DNA of 64,000 nt. Origin: a virus. The stretch spans positions 32,001 to 96,000 of IMG/VR virus record IMGVR_UViG_3300020463_002275; one strand, written 5' to 3'. Made by a program: the position numbers and the translations under genes. Below are positions 46,201 through 53,477 of this stretch, piece after piece. Each line of letters begins with the position of its first letter. Position 1 is the first letter of the stretch. The notes under the pieces are model-generated. The model saw nothing but the letters and a program-made list of their open reading frames with translations, did no database searches and was not told where the DNA came from.

Positions 46201-49125
46201 TGTCGGAGTACTAGGAATGTAACAACCGTCTGTGCTTTCATATTCGTAAATTTCTATTAAATCCCCGTCTGCTTTGGTTGCTGTAATTACAGCAAAACCA
46301 TCAGTATTAAAAGTATAATCTCTGCCATGTACTAATTGTTCTCCGTTCTGATAAATTGTTATTGCTTTATTGCTTAATTTTGTTTTATCAAATACTTGCG
46401 ACAAACTAAAGAAATTATTTTCTATGTCATATACTTTAAATTCTAAACGTTTGTTTCCTAAAAAAGGAACCATATCACTAAAATAATAAGGATCATTTAC
46501 AGTTTTATTTTTTAATGCTTCGGTTAATATTTTATCAACATGAACTTTTGTTTGTCCTTGAAACCCTAAATTTTCAGCAATTTGTAAAAAGGATCTTTTA
46601 AAAGTTCTATATTCATTTTTTGCAAAATCAATTGCTTTAATAACATTGGCATCTTTTGTTGTAATATGGTATAAAGGATTATTAATTGGTCCAGAATGCT
46701 GTACAAACTTTTTACCAACAGTGTTAATATCTCCTAAACTTCCTAAGTTGCTGTTTCCTGGAAATATACCTTTAAAATCTTTTAAATCTTCAATCATGCT
46801 AAAAACATGATCGTTTACTTCACCTAAAGTAAATGTGTCCAAGTTTACGTTATTAGGATTGTGTTCTAAGTTAATTGGAAAATCATAATATCCATTTGCA
46901 TTTTTAGGTGTTGCAGAAGTTGTTTTAATTATTACTGTATCGCCTGCGGATAAATCTTTATTAAAAATAATAAATGCTTTTCCGTCTTGTCTGGATATAG
47001 TATAATCATAATAATGTTTGTTGTTTACAAATACACAGCAATATAAATCATTTAAATCCCCTGCATTATTATATACATCAATTTCTAATTGACTAATTGC
47101 CCCTGCAATATCATATTGTCTTATAACTTTTTGTTTAGAAAAATCTTTTGCTTTTTGCCATCCACTCTTATATGTAAATGCATTTAGCGAGGAATATGTT
47201 TTTAAAAATCCTGTGTCAGACTTTACAGTAAAGATTTCACTTAATTCTTGGTGTGTAAAATTTTGTGTAAGCAAATCAAAATTAAAAGTAATATCACCAA
47301 CATTTGTTAATGCACGATAGGTAATAGGAAATCCTAATTCAGTATCTGCTGTACCTGTACCTTCTTTATAACTAAAAACTTTATTTCCTGCAAAAGTTGT
47401 AGCCTCATATGTTGATTCATCTGCAAAACTTTTGCCGTTTGAATCAAACATATCAAACATAGGTGGTTGATTGACTTTTTCTTTTAATTGTCCTAATTTC
47501 CAAGAAGTACCATCGTAATAGTAATGCTTACCTGCATTTGCAGTTCCTTTTTTAACAAGCACTACTTCATTTGTTTGTGGTGTTGCATCTGTATCTTCAA
47601 GCAATGCAATTTGAGCAACATTACTATTGTGTTCAATAAATTTAACTTTGTAAATTTTACCTGATGCTCTAATATCTTCTTCAGCAGTAAATAAAATACG
47701 CATTCCGTCTCTGATATCTACTCCATCAATATTATAACCTACTGTACCTTCAATAGTAGAAAAAATATCTTTTGTTTGCGTATCAACTAAATCAATATCA
47801 TTCTTCTTTTCTGTACCAAAATTAAAAAGTTTCAATCCGCTTGTAAATTCTATAATAGGACGTTTTGCTCTTTGTGCTTGATCTATGCTTATTGACTGTC
47901 CATTTATTTCAGCACTTTTTTCTATAACTGATCTATGATACCATTTGTTGTTTCTTGACCATGCATTTTTATCTGGTGAATTTCTGTTTACTACAATGTA
48001 ATCCTTAGTCTCACTATAAGAAGCCGCATTGCCAAATGGTAAACTATCAAAACTATCTCCGTCAAATTTTACAGGCTTATCTTGTGCATATGATAATGCA
48101 ATTACTAAGTCCTCAAGGTTAACAAGACTTATTTGTTCACCAACGCCTTCAACAATCCAACTTCCTGTAGCATACTTTTCAGGTGTTACTTGTCCTACAA
48201 AGTTTAACTTCATACCATTTAGTAGTTCAACACCTTTTGAAGTTGTATAATCTTTTTTGCCTAAAATTTCTGTTTCAATATTAATTGCTGTTGCTTCGTC
48301 AACTTCTGCTATTCTAATAATACCGCCGGAATTAATGTTATTGCTATTTTGATAATATAATCTTGTAGGAGCATTTAAAGGAACTGTAAATGTTAATGTT
48401 CCGCTTTCTATATTATTGTTAGTAACTCCTGTTTCGTATATAGTATCTGCATCTAAACTACGTTCAGTTCTTATTGTAAAGGGCATATCAGTTGCACTTA
48501 TATCAAATGTATACGTTTGACCTTTATATAATTCTATTGTAGGATTTTGTGTAAGATTGCCATTAACGACATATGCTAAATTGTTACCATTATCAACACT
48601 TGTAATAGTAAATGTACTTGTAATATCTGTACTTTGTCCTGCAACATTAATTGGTACAGGTCCAGTTGGTAACCAATAGTATTCTCTAAAGTTTGTAAGT
48701 TTATCCCAATCTATATTAGGATTCCATGAATAATATTCAGCACCGTTTAACAAATCATGGTTGTCAACGTTTCCGCCAAATGCTTTTATCTGATTTATAT
48801 AGTCGTTATAGTCTTTGTAAAATTTAACATTATCGTAACTATCTTTAGAAATAACTGCTGGTTCTAATTGATATGCTTCTCTGCTAACAGAAATATCTCC
48901 AATATAGTTGTCATTGTTTCTATATGACTTTGCTGTCTTTCTACCATAGAATCCGTTAAGTTTTTGTGCAGTTCCTGGTTGTAGAACTTGGTCGAGCGTT
49001 GCATCTAAAAACTTATTATTTTTACTACTTCTAAAATACTTAGGTAATAACTGATTAGACTTAAAGTTTTTCTTTTTGCCTTCTACCGGTAATGGACTCT
49101 CATTTTGATTATCATCATATGCCAT
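34240..49125 (-). CDS. Giant (4961 aa) baseplate-associated virion protein, gp7-position
   Basis: Directly follows gp6 (TAATG overlap). Contains FG-GAP-like repeats (FGHAISV, FGESVALSPDG..LAVGSP, FGDSISVSADG..IAVGEP), CBM5/12-like W/Y..Y..G..V.Y....Y.A motifs, GSGATAQA..V..I.V...G.GY repeats and F..DG.T..Y repeats. Confidence 0.7.
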   Translation of the reverse strand: MAYDDNQNESPLPVEGKKKNFKSNQLLPKYFRSSKNNKFLDATLDQVLQPGTAQKLNGFYGRKTAKSYRNNDNYIGDISVSREAYQLEPAVISKDSYDNVKFYKDYNDYINQIKAFGGNVDNHDLLNGAEYYSWNPNIDWDKLTNFREYYWLPTGPVPINVAGQSTDITSTFTITSVDNGNNLAYVVNGNLTQNPTIELYKGQTYTFDISATDMPFTIRTERSLDADTIYETGVTNNNIESGTLTFTVPLNAPTRLYYQNSNNINSGGIIRIAEVDEATAINIETEILGKKDYTTSKGVELLNGMKLNFVGQVTPEKYATGSWIVEGVGEQISLVNLEDLVIALSYAQDKPVKFDGDSFDSLPFGNAASYSETKDYIVVNRNSPDKNAWSRNNKWYHRSVIEKSAEINGQSISIDQAQRAKRPIIEFTSGLKLFNFGTEKKNDIDLVDTQTKDIFSTIEGTVGYNIDGVDIRDGMRILFTAEEDIRASGKIYKVKFIEHNSNVAQIALLEDTDATPQTNEVVLVKKGTANAGKHYYYDGTSWKLGQLKEKVNQPPMFDMFDSNGKSFADESTYEATTFAGNKVFSYKEGTGTADTELGFPITYRALTNVGDITFNFDLLTQNFTHQELSEIFTVKSDTGFLKTYSSLNAFTYKSGWQKAKDFSKQKVIRQYDIAGAISQLEIDVYNNAGDLNDLYCCVFVNNKHYYDYTISRQDGKAFIIFNKDLSAGDTVIIKTTSATPKNANGYYDFPINLEHNPNNVNLDTFTLGEVNDHVFSMIEDLKDFKGIFPGNSNLGSLGDINTVGKKFVQHSGPINNPLYHITTKDANVIKAIDFAKNEYRTFKRSFLQIAENLGFQGQTKVHVDKILTEALKNKTVNDPYYFSDMVPFLGNKRLEFKVYDIENNFFSLSQVFDKTKLSNKAITIYQNGEQLVHGRDYTFNTDGFAVITATKADGDLIEIYEYESTDGCYIPSTPTKLGLYPSFVPEIITDDSYRTPTKIIIGHDGSRTIAFNDYRDNLLLDLERRIYNNIKIDYNTEKLDIHDFLPGAYRNTKFNLTNINKVLLSDFVKWNESLGGLDYTSNNFYELTDSFTYNYSYMSGPNGEALTGFWRSVYRNAYDTDTPHTTPWKMLGFTDKPTWWNSVYGPAPYTKDNLILWEDLEEGKVAEPNKAPKFLEQYARPGLTNHIPVDEDGNLLSPLQSKYAKEYIASYTKLGFKFGDHAPTENAWRNSSDYAFSLIKSWLLNQPAKVMSMAWDISRISKNIAGQFVYNENKRSISLADLVFSNVYSDTQRVYTSGLVDYIINYTLSNSNISTKDYKEQVKNLKYQLGIKLGAFTDQSKMKLVLDSRTPYNKGNVFLPKENYQIFLNTSSPIETISYSGVIVEKQPYGFVIRGYDKADPVFKIQKAIPRTNDVAVNVGGVTDAFVEWEEDQKYTEDKYVRYVNSFYRVTEDHTSTQSFDSAKFVKIPALPIRGGATALFRKNFENTVTEVPYGTIYTEIQEVIDFILGYAKQLDTAGFTFDYYNKDTSTVEDWRYSAKEYLYWTTQNWAPGTIIALSPSANQIKFTRPYAVVDNLYDNFYDYSLQTSSGEALDETFTRLTREGNTFAVNLANTADGIYYIQLPLVQVEHVAILDNTSDFKDVIYSPASGYRQDRIKVMGYRTANWDGTLNIPGFVFDQAEVQEWQAYRDYAIGDTVRYKEFFYTAKNKIAGSPKFIPAEWNRIDGRPETKLYTNFDYRINQFTDFYDLDSDNFDNEQQRLAQHLVGYQKRQYLENIINDDVSQYKFYQGFIADKGSRNSVDKLFDALASADKESVDFYEEWAVKNNQYGSTTNFEEIEWQLDESKFKLSPQPIELVETLPSAPTDLIYRIPNYDVFLKPENYDINKIPTKYTNEEYVRTVGYVTGEDVSRAVLTKDGILGFSIDDINKNDYIWVATDNQTWNVLQHTETNLRIEKATPVGSEITLDMNFTARDIAVGDIFGITNANTTALTTLDGFYKATKVEGNKVTFESDKSDWLEIDDTVTIKGTITIFTSQRTKTVDDANTNITANLSSNELVWIDDDDNGKWTVLKNKPVYSEHQKVLSSLSLDSTQHGFGHAISVNDANTKMAVGIPFKGNGEVHIYVRPNDSTNYVLDQIISAPVNVADAYDGSTFSTSMQFGESVALSPDGKFLAVGSPQASNTYSFYQGEYKQGVAYTKQQIVKYGPNLYKAIQNIDPATGAISFSSFDSYIDIVSESDSTLINLLQTADYKINNSFGVSHMLIRAPINAYEGSAVGDEIVLAWNNYSKLNLQGDSVDVQPFDGEFPAITGAFLSDKHEIKYKVDNVLVIENFVNLPAIGDIISSSVASGEIVYVANDLTTCTVYLSNVNGTFATSGSLFVGTIRIGDYTEDYVNVLNQLGGYWWIDTPAYTTSADSTNTFVDPGHGLVYVDLLTAASGRTTPNFYYNITATKQQAIDDANNSGATLSLMDQASFAQTLTYEGDPLEVFALQSSPLWTVRGGKIFTDTLSIGSKFKMVVDNVSGNTNFTDTAMSTTLFNKEHTVYDLWDGYIDFTFDEFDQANQLPFEPIVGDTVEDTVTGATALITFYKRQFNSVRIYVKNITGTWSKGNNHNEDADIFRVRGSVKRNMGRIDGVSLEGTRIGKIIVLEEDTNFPDASVSELTDIEYFFFDETTLQGVPREANIPASNNRDWDQVTSIPVSNLNGTQTSGLTAEGMFSVYELNEQIQFKVQNHYTVPERKSHVKLGDEVQFTQEGNLYRLSVASRGAGAQNNAGSIHFIKNGTETKNGVLETYNWQLDIDPEFRGNFSSSVFYKQNEIVEYQDKLYKALRNIASGSAFIPADWESVTDGTAHVGFVPTNGTNAIIGEEVFDPEFGVINFARQFDQSKDGEVLVVSSRIQGNDSTGERVIVVYRRLPEGQMTVSQIIQPPYEDNSSMLPQGADFDWNSTSAYTGFGDSISVSADGEMIAVGEPYNDDRKKDQGKVYIYNLINGKFELSQEIFSPNGEQAEQFGAYLNFDGNQLSVTSLNGDIEIPTTFDNNTTVFDDEFTKFKRMDMDSGAIFMYERINKSLIFAQEFVIDEPLAVNFGKNILMKNNHVYTAMPEVTDYTTHQGMIIDFRKTIGQRAWNTHRSPLDQVDINKIKGAFLYNTQTNTLIEDLDYIDPVQGKVAGPAEQELSYKTYYDPAAYSKGDDTVVIDEDNAWGTEHVGKLWWDLNAVKFYNYQQNNVTYQTNYWGEVFPGTSVEVYEWVETDLLPSEWDNLADSESGIASGVSGVSRYGDTVYSQRLKWDPIAKTSKAKYYYWVANKRVVPTTANRKITAYDVKRLIEDPVGQGHRFVGLMAKDRFVLFNCEPLLSGNNVAFNLRYYTLDNVDQNIHNEYQMLTQGIGTSKPTRDIERKWFDSLIGYDSQFRLVPDPKLSAKAKYGISNNPRQSMFINKSEAYKQVIERANDVLIKNIIVDEFDISNLTKSDPAPLASSRRYDIKIDSYEDLAFVGIAKREVAVLSPTVVDGKITSIDITNSGRGYVDPTYVSTVGGTRIGPEITIDGIGRDAVLESEINELGQITKVNIIDPGIGYDSNTKLIVRNFSVLVASDSNVANKWSLYNYNGTKWNRTVSQRFDTNLYWNYADWYAPGYSAFTEINSLIDFSYQLSALENDVGQTVKISTIGSGGWLLLEKIANLQTEDYTQNYKVIGKQNATIQFSNKLYNTSVNRTGFDTDTFDTTFYDSQPVTESRVVLETLRDDIFIDDLEHHYNELFISSLRYAFSEQPNIDWAFKTSFIKAQHNVGELAQKITFKNDNIDNYQDYINEVKPFKTKIREYVSNYEKTDPTNSVVTDFDLPPRYNFNQKRITSSTAKVRNNLISSAPETTEQYPDKHWLENSGYEISEISVGNPGSNYTLPPIVSIEGGGGSGATAQAYLNDGKVSKIEVTSPGDGYLKAPDVILKGSIEDSGTEDSAVAGTPATARAVLGNGKVRGTHVISRFDRISGKPYYLEVARSETFTGDSVTSIYNLLWPMNLNGAKLKIYINGVELLKSEYTYSNYEDISKGYTRKRGRIAFTLPPVTGKAIKIDYELAPDLLTAQDRVQSYYQPIDGMIGKDIGQLMMGVDFGGVEVKSFDFAGSGGFETKGFGIEAYDVYDNTFEDIIFYLDGSTNILSLDKPLENGVVYNVYKNNIRLDDINYPSNPTNPNAVMTSITGDGVIQEIDIDGLGIASKDDDIFIIRKTTSDGSFKPDPASFDTQLTGGALSYSNAKGIDASDIIVDGDGFITPMTTTGPEELVPGKISDTVDIQVYHRPDDGTSNVQTQFFQTDGITQTYAIGIHPHNNEAVFVTLDNVRVANTDYTINYVNDTITFTTAPATGKILSIVCLGVSGQKILDINKFVADGSTNTYTTNIKYQTDVSHYVTINGESISSSLSQDTNKNFVITFDTAPQSGQVVDYGLFYTTAKSFSATNVQTLVGDGSTTIFDVNPALVGGLPTAQNAIVEVNNNILDAGYNTEFTITNSATREYQIQEWQFFANSIRGEDIEVYLNNELLTKNVQYRWDSTNNSVKLSAGIGAVNDKLDVFFSVDGTYAFGYVGVGADSSTKFLQDRSKIYFDTAPGLGDSIRITSFSNHDLQDIERIKYDLVSRVTLVPGTINFKEYINLSNGLVKLRRPSQDSEYVWVIVNGLRLAPNVDYYVPEDKQHVKILKKLSANDQIEIIQFGEEQLVHRFGFRQFKDILNRVHYKRLDDSNKYKLAQDLNWWDTRIELVDASKLPEPGKKKQIPGVVFINGERIEYYVKQGNSLRQIRRGTLGTGVNTFIASGTSVIDQSPGENMPYADQTLTQVFTADGTTASYELDFTPTKGVDEFEVFVAGNRLRKNAISSYQVDTKNSAGNFVTRFIAQDSAEGDVTLPVEFTLSGSTLNLAVTPEQDQKVTVIRRVGQTWSNAGESLVDAENDVAQFLKARTTELPK

Positions 49126-52100
49126 TAGTAACCATATCCTCCACCGCTGTTGCCGCCGCCACTGTTGCTACTGCTTGAACTACTGCTTGAACTACTGCTT
49201 GAACTACTGCTTGAACTTGTACTACTTGACATAGCACCTGTAGAACTTACAGAACCTGCTGGAGATGCAGAACTTGTAACACCTGTATTAAGTGTTTCTT
49301 GACTTGCTGTAATAACATTGCCTGTTGCTCTTAGTCTACTTGCTGTAATTGCATCTATTATTTCAACATTTTCAACTGTTGCTGAACTTATAAAAATTTC
49401 ATTAGATTCAGATTTAATTTCATATAAACTACCAAATGCTTGACTTTGCTCATTTGGTACAATTACAATACTAACAATATCAGGAGTCATTTGATTCATG
49501 ATATATGTTGACAATTCACTAAAGTAAAAACTTTCGCCAAATTCCCAATTATCTAAATTAAAGTAAATGTTAATTGCTTCAATTATTCTTGATTTAATAT
49601 CGTTATTGTTTGTAACTACGTCTGGATTAGTTACAACTTTAAATGTTGCTTGCAAACTAGTCTCCGCTGATGAACCAAATAAAGGTTTATACTTTACAGG
49701 ATGATAAATTATTTCGTCACTTATACTTTTAATTTTATCTAATTCTGCACCATATGTTCTATACATTTCATCACTGCTTGGTGGTAGAGGTTCTGTTAAT
49801 CTATCGCCTGCTAAGAATTGTCTATATTGTGCATCATATGTGCGTGTTAATAAGTATGAATCCATAATGTTACTTGCGGCTGGGTCAATTCTTTGATTAT
49901 AATCTGCACTATGCAAGTATCTAAATTTTAATCCGGATCGACCAGTATAACCTCTATAATCTTTTGTAAGTTCTAAGTTTTTCTTAGTAACATCTAATTT
50001 ATAAAATAACTCAGTATCCATTACAAAGAAAACCTGTCCTGCTGTATATTGACTATATGCTCCTACTGCACCTACACTTGCTTTTACTTTTATACCTTCT
50101 ATTGCATTATCTACATATCTATAATCTTCTACGCCATCGCTAGTAGTATATTTCTTTTGAAATATGTATTTTGTTTCAGGATTAACAGTCTCAGCAACAA
50201 TATCAATAAATCCTTCTGGATTGTCAATAACACCATCATCATCTTCGTCAAAGAAACTTATTTCAATACGCTTGCTATCAACATAGCCTTCAGCATCTCT
50301 ATACTCTTTAACAATTTCCCAATCGTAACTAATGTTAAATGGATCAGATACATCTGGTTTATTATTAACATTTAATACTTCAATTTTATCTTTTATAATT
50401 TTTCCAGATTTGTTATCATAAATTTTATTTGTGCTATCGTAATAGAACTTTATTTCTTTATCACTTTCAAATACATATCTTAATGTTCTGTACGTAATAT
50501 CATATCTTTCGCCATCGGTTTTAAAATACAAAAGCCAACTTGCATCTAAATTTTGATTGCTAGAATCACCTGTTTTACCTGTACTAAAATTACTTACACT
50601 ATCTAAATTGGCTTCAGTTATAATTCTCCATTGTTGTGTTTCTACATCATAACGCAAACCAAATGTGTTTGTTGCAAACGCTTGGTCGACAACTTGTGTT
50701 TTTACAGCGTCTGTAATTACATTGGCTAGTTTTGGTCTCACTTCTTGTAAAATTGCTCCTGTAGGAATATTATCATTTAATACAATAGGACCTAAACCAG
50801 TAGAACCTACTACAGTACCATCTCCGCCAACACTAATAATTTTGGTCCAAATATAATCAATTGCATTAGGATGATCTAAAGCACCTGCCATTAATCCATG
50901 TTCATTATTTTTCATAAAATGAAAACCTGTCGGTGCAACAAATTTTACAAGTGTTCCTGCTTTGATAAATCTTAAATTATTTGCTGTGAAGCCGCCTACT
51001 TTAAATTTAATATCATTAGTATCACTAATAAATCCTGTACTACGATTTGTATCTTGTGTTGAACTATTCCATTTAACTCCAAGATCTGCTGTAATAATTT
51101 TAGTAAAATTTTCTAAATAGTAATTGTAAACTTTTCTATCTCTAATAATAGGTTCTATTGTATTTGTTATAGCACTTTCAATATCAGTTGTTGTTACAAA
51201 GTTAAAAGTTGTCTTTAAATTTTTTGTTTCTTTGTAAATTAACCCATCGTTCCCAAATAAGTTTGTGCTTGAATACTTTCCTGTTGAATCTATTAAGTCA
51301 AAGTATCTGCTTATTCCACTAGCATTTCTATTAACTGTTTTTACTTTGACTATTTCTTGGCTTACACCTAATGGGGCAACATTATAATCCTCAGCAGTTA
51401 CCATTCTATTTTGTGTATAGTAAGTAGCAGGCGCATTTGCTTTAATGCTTTCGTTTGTCTCACTTAAACTACTATTTGAAATTGTATATTTTAATTGTAG
51501 TGTTAAATTAAGTGTTTCAGGCACACCAAATTCACTCAAGTAAGGTATTTGTATTTGGATACCTGTCATTTCACTTGGCTTAATTGTATACCTTTTATTT
51601 GCACTAGTTCTATATACAACTTTAAATCTACCTTGCGGTAAATTTCCAAAAACTCCGTCACTAAAAACTAAACTAATTCTATCTTGTACTCTTGTAAGAA
51701 CAGAATATAAATTTTTAATATTTTTGTTTAAACTATTGTAAATTACATTGTTGCCTTCAACTGAACTAACCTTTGTCCAATATTCATTTTCTCGACCGTT
51801 CTCATCTAATTTAAATAACCAAACATCTTTATCATTAATATCAGTTGCATCAATATCAACTTTTTGATTAGCACTAGGATTATTAACTGTAAACTGACCA
51901 TCATCTAATGATCCTTGTTTAAACGTGCAAAAAAATCCTGTGTTAGTACTTGCCGGTCCTTGCCCGTCATTTTTATATAAACATGCAAAACTGTTTCCAA
52001 CTAAAGGAATTTCTTCTTCAATATCATTTTCTACAATATCACTACTTACAACTTCAAAAGGTAAACTTTGTCCTTCAACAACTTTTGAAAAAGAATATTT

Positions 52101-52691
52101 AGGAATGTCTGTATTGATAGCATTAAATCTATATTGTTCATGTGGAATATTACTTACTGTTGATTTCTTTGCTGGTTTTCCGAATACTCCATTTGCAGGT
52201 AATGCGGTATTTAAAACTTTAATAAATTGTTCGTACCAATTAGAGTTACTAGGATCGTTCCAAGTAATTTGTTGGCCTGATAAATTAAAATTATTTGAAT
52301 CAACAACATCTTGCGATGTTGATATTGATGTAATTTTAAGAAGTCCTTCTGCGGCTTGGTTACGCTTAGGATTATATGAAAGTAATCTTGCTAGACGTAG
52401 TACTGATTCTCTACGCTCTGCAAGTTCTAAAAAGTTTTCACGTGAATTAAGATCAATACGGAATGAAATATTTTGACCTAAAAACGCAATAAGATCGATT
52501 AATGCAAGATATTCGCTAGATTCAATGTAATCATTAAAATCCTCAGGATAGTTAGTCCTTAGGTAATTGATCATAGTTCTGCGTAAGTTGTCGAAGTCGT
52601 AACTTTGGAAATCAGCATTACGATAAGATTGATATATACGCTTCCAATCTTCTGCAACTAGCAGTCTATTTTGTCTGTCTGTTGATGACAT
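49125..52691 (-). CDS. gp6: Baseplate wedge protein, T4 gp6-like
   Basis: N-terminal DFQSYDFDNLR...FNDYIESSE...LIDLIA...ENFLELAERRESVLRLARLLSYNPKR and RMVTAEDY. Confidence 0.85.
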   Translation of the reverse strand: MSSTDRQNRLLVAEDWKRIYQSYRNADFQSYDFDNLRRTMINYLRTNYPEDFNDYIESSEYLALIDLIAFLGQNISFRIDLNSRENFLELAERRESVLRLARLLSYNPKRNQAAEGLLKITSISTSQDVVDSNNFNLSGQQITWNDPSNSNWYEQFIKVLNTALPANGVFGKPAKKSTVSNIPHEQYRFNAINTDIPKYSFSKVVEGQSLPFEVVSSDIVENDIEEEIPLVGNSFACLYKNDGQGPASTNTGFFCTFKQGSLDDGQFTVNNPSANQKVDIDATDINDKDVWLFKLDENGRENEYWTKVSSVEGNNVIYNSLNKNIKNLYSVLTRVQDRISLVFSDGVFGNLPQGRFKVVYRTSANKRYTIKPSEMTGIQIQIPYLSEFGVPETLNLTLQLKYTISNSSLSETNESIKANAPATYYTQNRMVTAEDYNVAPLGVSQEIVKVKTVNRNASGISRYFDLIDSTGKYSSTNLFGNDGLIYKETKNLKTTFNFVTTTDIESAITNTIEPIIRDRKVYNYYLENFTKIITADLGVKWNSSTQDTNRSTGFISDTNDIKFKVGGFTANNLRFIKAGTLVKFVAPTGFHFMKNNEHGLMAGALDHPNAIDYIWTKIISVGGDGTVVGSTGLGPIVLNDNIPTGAILQEVRPKLANVITDAVKTQVVDQAFATNTFGLRYDVETQQWRIITEANLDSVSNFSTGKTGDSSNQNLDASWLLYFKTDGERYDITYRTLRYVFESDKEIKFYYDSTNKIYDNKSGKIIKDKIEVLNVNNKPDVSDPFNISYDWEIVKEYRDAEGYVDSKRIEISFFDEDDDGVIDNPEGFIDIVAETVNPETKYIFQKKYTTSDGVEDYRYVDNAIEGIKVKASVGAVGAYSQYTAGQVFFVMDTELFYKLDVTKKNLELTKDYRGYTGRSGLKFRYLHSADYNQRIDPAASNIMDSYLLTRTYDAQYRQFLAGDRLTEPLPPSSDEMYRTYGAELDKIKSISDEIIYHPVKYKPLFGSSAETSLQATFKVVTNPDVVTNNNDIKSRIIEAINIYFNLDNWEFGESFYFSELSTYIMNQMTPDIVSIVIVPNEQSQAFGSLYEIKSESNEIFISSATVENVEIIDAITASRLRATGNVITASQETLNTGVTSSASPAGSVSSTGAMSSSTSSSSSSSSSSSSSSSSSNSGGGNSGGGYGY
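49168..49215 (-). repeat. 4 x 12-bp perfect tandem repeat encoding the poly-Ser tail of gp6
   Basis: (CTACTGCTTGAA)x4 on the plus strand. Confidence 0.95.
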
Positions 52692-52716
52692 ATCACATTC
52701 CTTATTTGTTCATATG

Positions 52717-52723
52717 TATTTAT
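52717..52723 (-). promoter_or_regulatory. Candidate late promoter ATAAATA upstream of gp6
   Basis: Intergenic; followed by an AAGGA RBS and ATG 52691. Confidence 0.6.
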
Positions 52724-52749
52724 TTGTTTAAGAAAAGTGCGTATATAAT

Positions 52750-53196
52750 TTATGCTGTAAGTCCTGCATTTTCATCAAAGTCTAATCTAAGTTTTTCTGA
52801 AATATTATATGGCAAATATGTTAGTTGCATTTCAATTTGTATACCACTTTCATAACTTGTTACTCTAATATCTTCTGCTTGCACACGTGGATCATAGTTA
52901 CAAATGGTTGTAACATTAGCCGCTATTGCTTCTTTTAGATCATCTGTAAACGGTTCAAACAATGCGTCCCAAATAATAGTGCCAAATTTAGGATTGTGAA
53001 GTTTTTCACCTTGGCGAATATGGAAATGATTTAATAAATCTTGTTTTATAAGTGCAAGATCGTACAATGTACTGGAAGTATTTTCAGGATTAACTGTAGA
53101 CAAACCTCTATAAGCCTTGCTGGTTACAACAGGCTTTTGCTTTTGCGTTGGATTTATAGCAATTCTATCATATAGATTTTTTTCTAAAGTACTCAT
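52750..53196 (-). CDS. gp25: Baseplate wedge protein gp25-like
   Basis: DLALIKQDLLNHFHIRQGEKLHNPKFGT..WD.LFEP...YDPRV; start at ATG 53196. Confidence 0.85.
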   Translation of the reverse strand: MSTLEKNLYDRIAINPTQKQKPVVTSKAYRGLSTVNPENTSSTLYDLALIKQDLLNHFHIRQGEKLHNPKFGTIIWDALFEPFTDDLKEAIAANVTTICNYDPRVQAEDIRVTSYESGIQIEMQLTYLPYNISEKLRLDFDENAGLTA

Positions 53197-53201
53197 ATAA
53201 C

Positions 53202-53207
53202 TATTTA
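53202..53207 (-). promoter_or_regulatory. Candidate late promoter TAAATA upstream of gp25
   Basis: Overlaps the PAAR stop codon; only 5 nt from ATG 53196. Confidence 0.35.
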
Positions 53208-53477
53208 ACCTATCTTCACTGCTGGTGACCCTACATCCCGAGTGTGGCCGCATGAATCATCATCGTTTTGTCTGTTGATAGGTATTCCTCCTATTTTTAC
53301 AAATGTTGTACCATTTGCTGTTGTTGGACTGGCATGTGGTGGCAAGCCGTGACCTTCTACTGGATCTCCGTCTGTAGCGACAGGTTCTCCTCCTACTTTT
53401 ACAAATGTTTGCTTAGTACTTTCAATTTTAGCACCTGCATCATTTTTATCACCTTTTCTTTGTATTTGATTTGGCAT
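53205..53477 (-). CDS. PAAR-repeat spike tip protein (gp5.4-like)
   Basis: RKGD...VKVGGEPVATDGD..GHG..PH...VKIGGIPI.RQ.D.DSCGH...GS..VKIG. Confidence 0.8.
   Translation of the reverse strand: MPNQIQRKGDKNDAGAKIESTKQTFVKVGGEPVATDGDPVEGHGLPPHASPTTANGTTFVKIGGIPINRQNDDDSCGHTRDVGSPAVKIG

Noticed and set aside
22176-52476. Many short opposite-strand ORFs (e.g. 22176-22646, 30265-30753, 39848-40168, 51925-52476)
   Set aside because: They are fully nested antisense to long, motif-bearing genes and have the composition of reverse-complement shadows.
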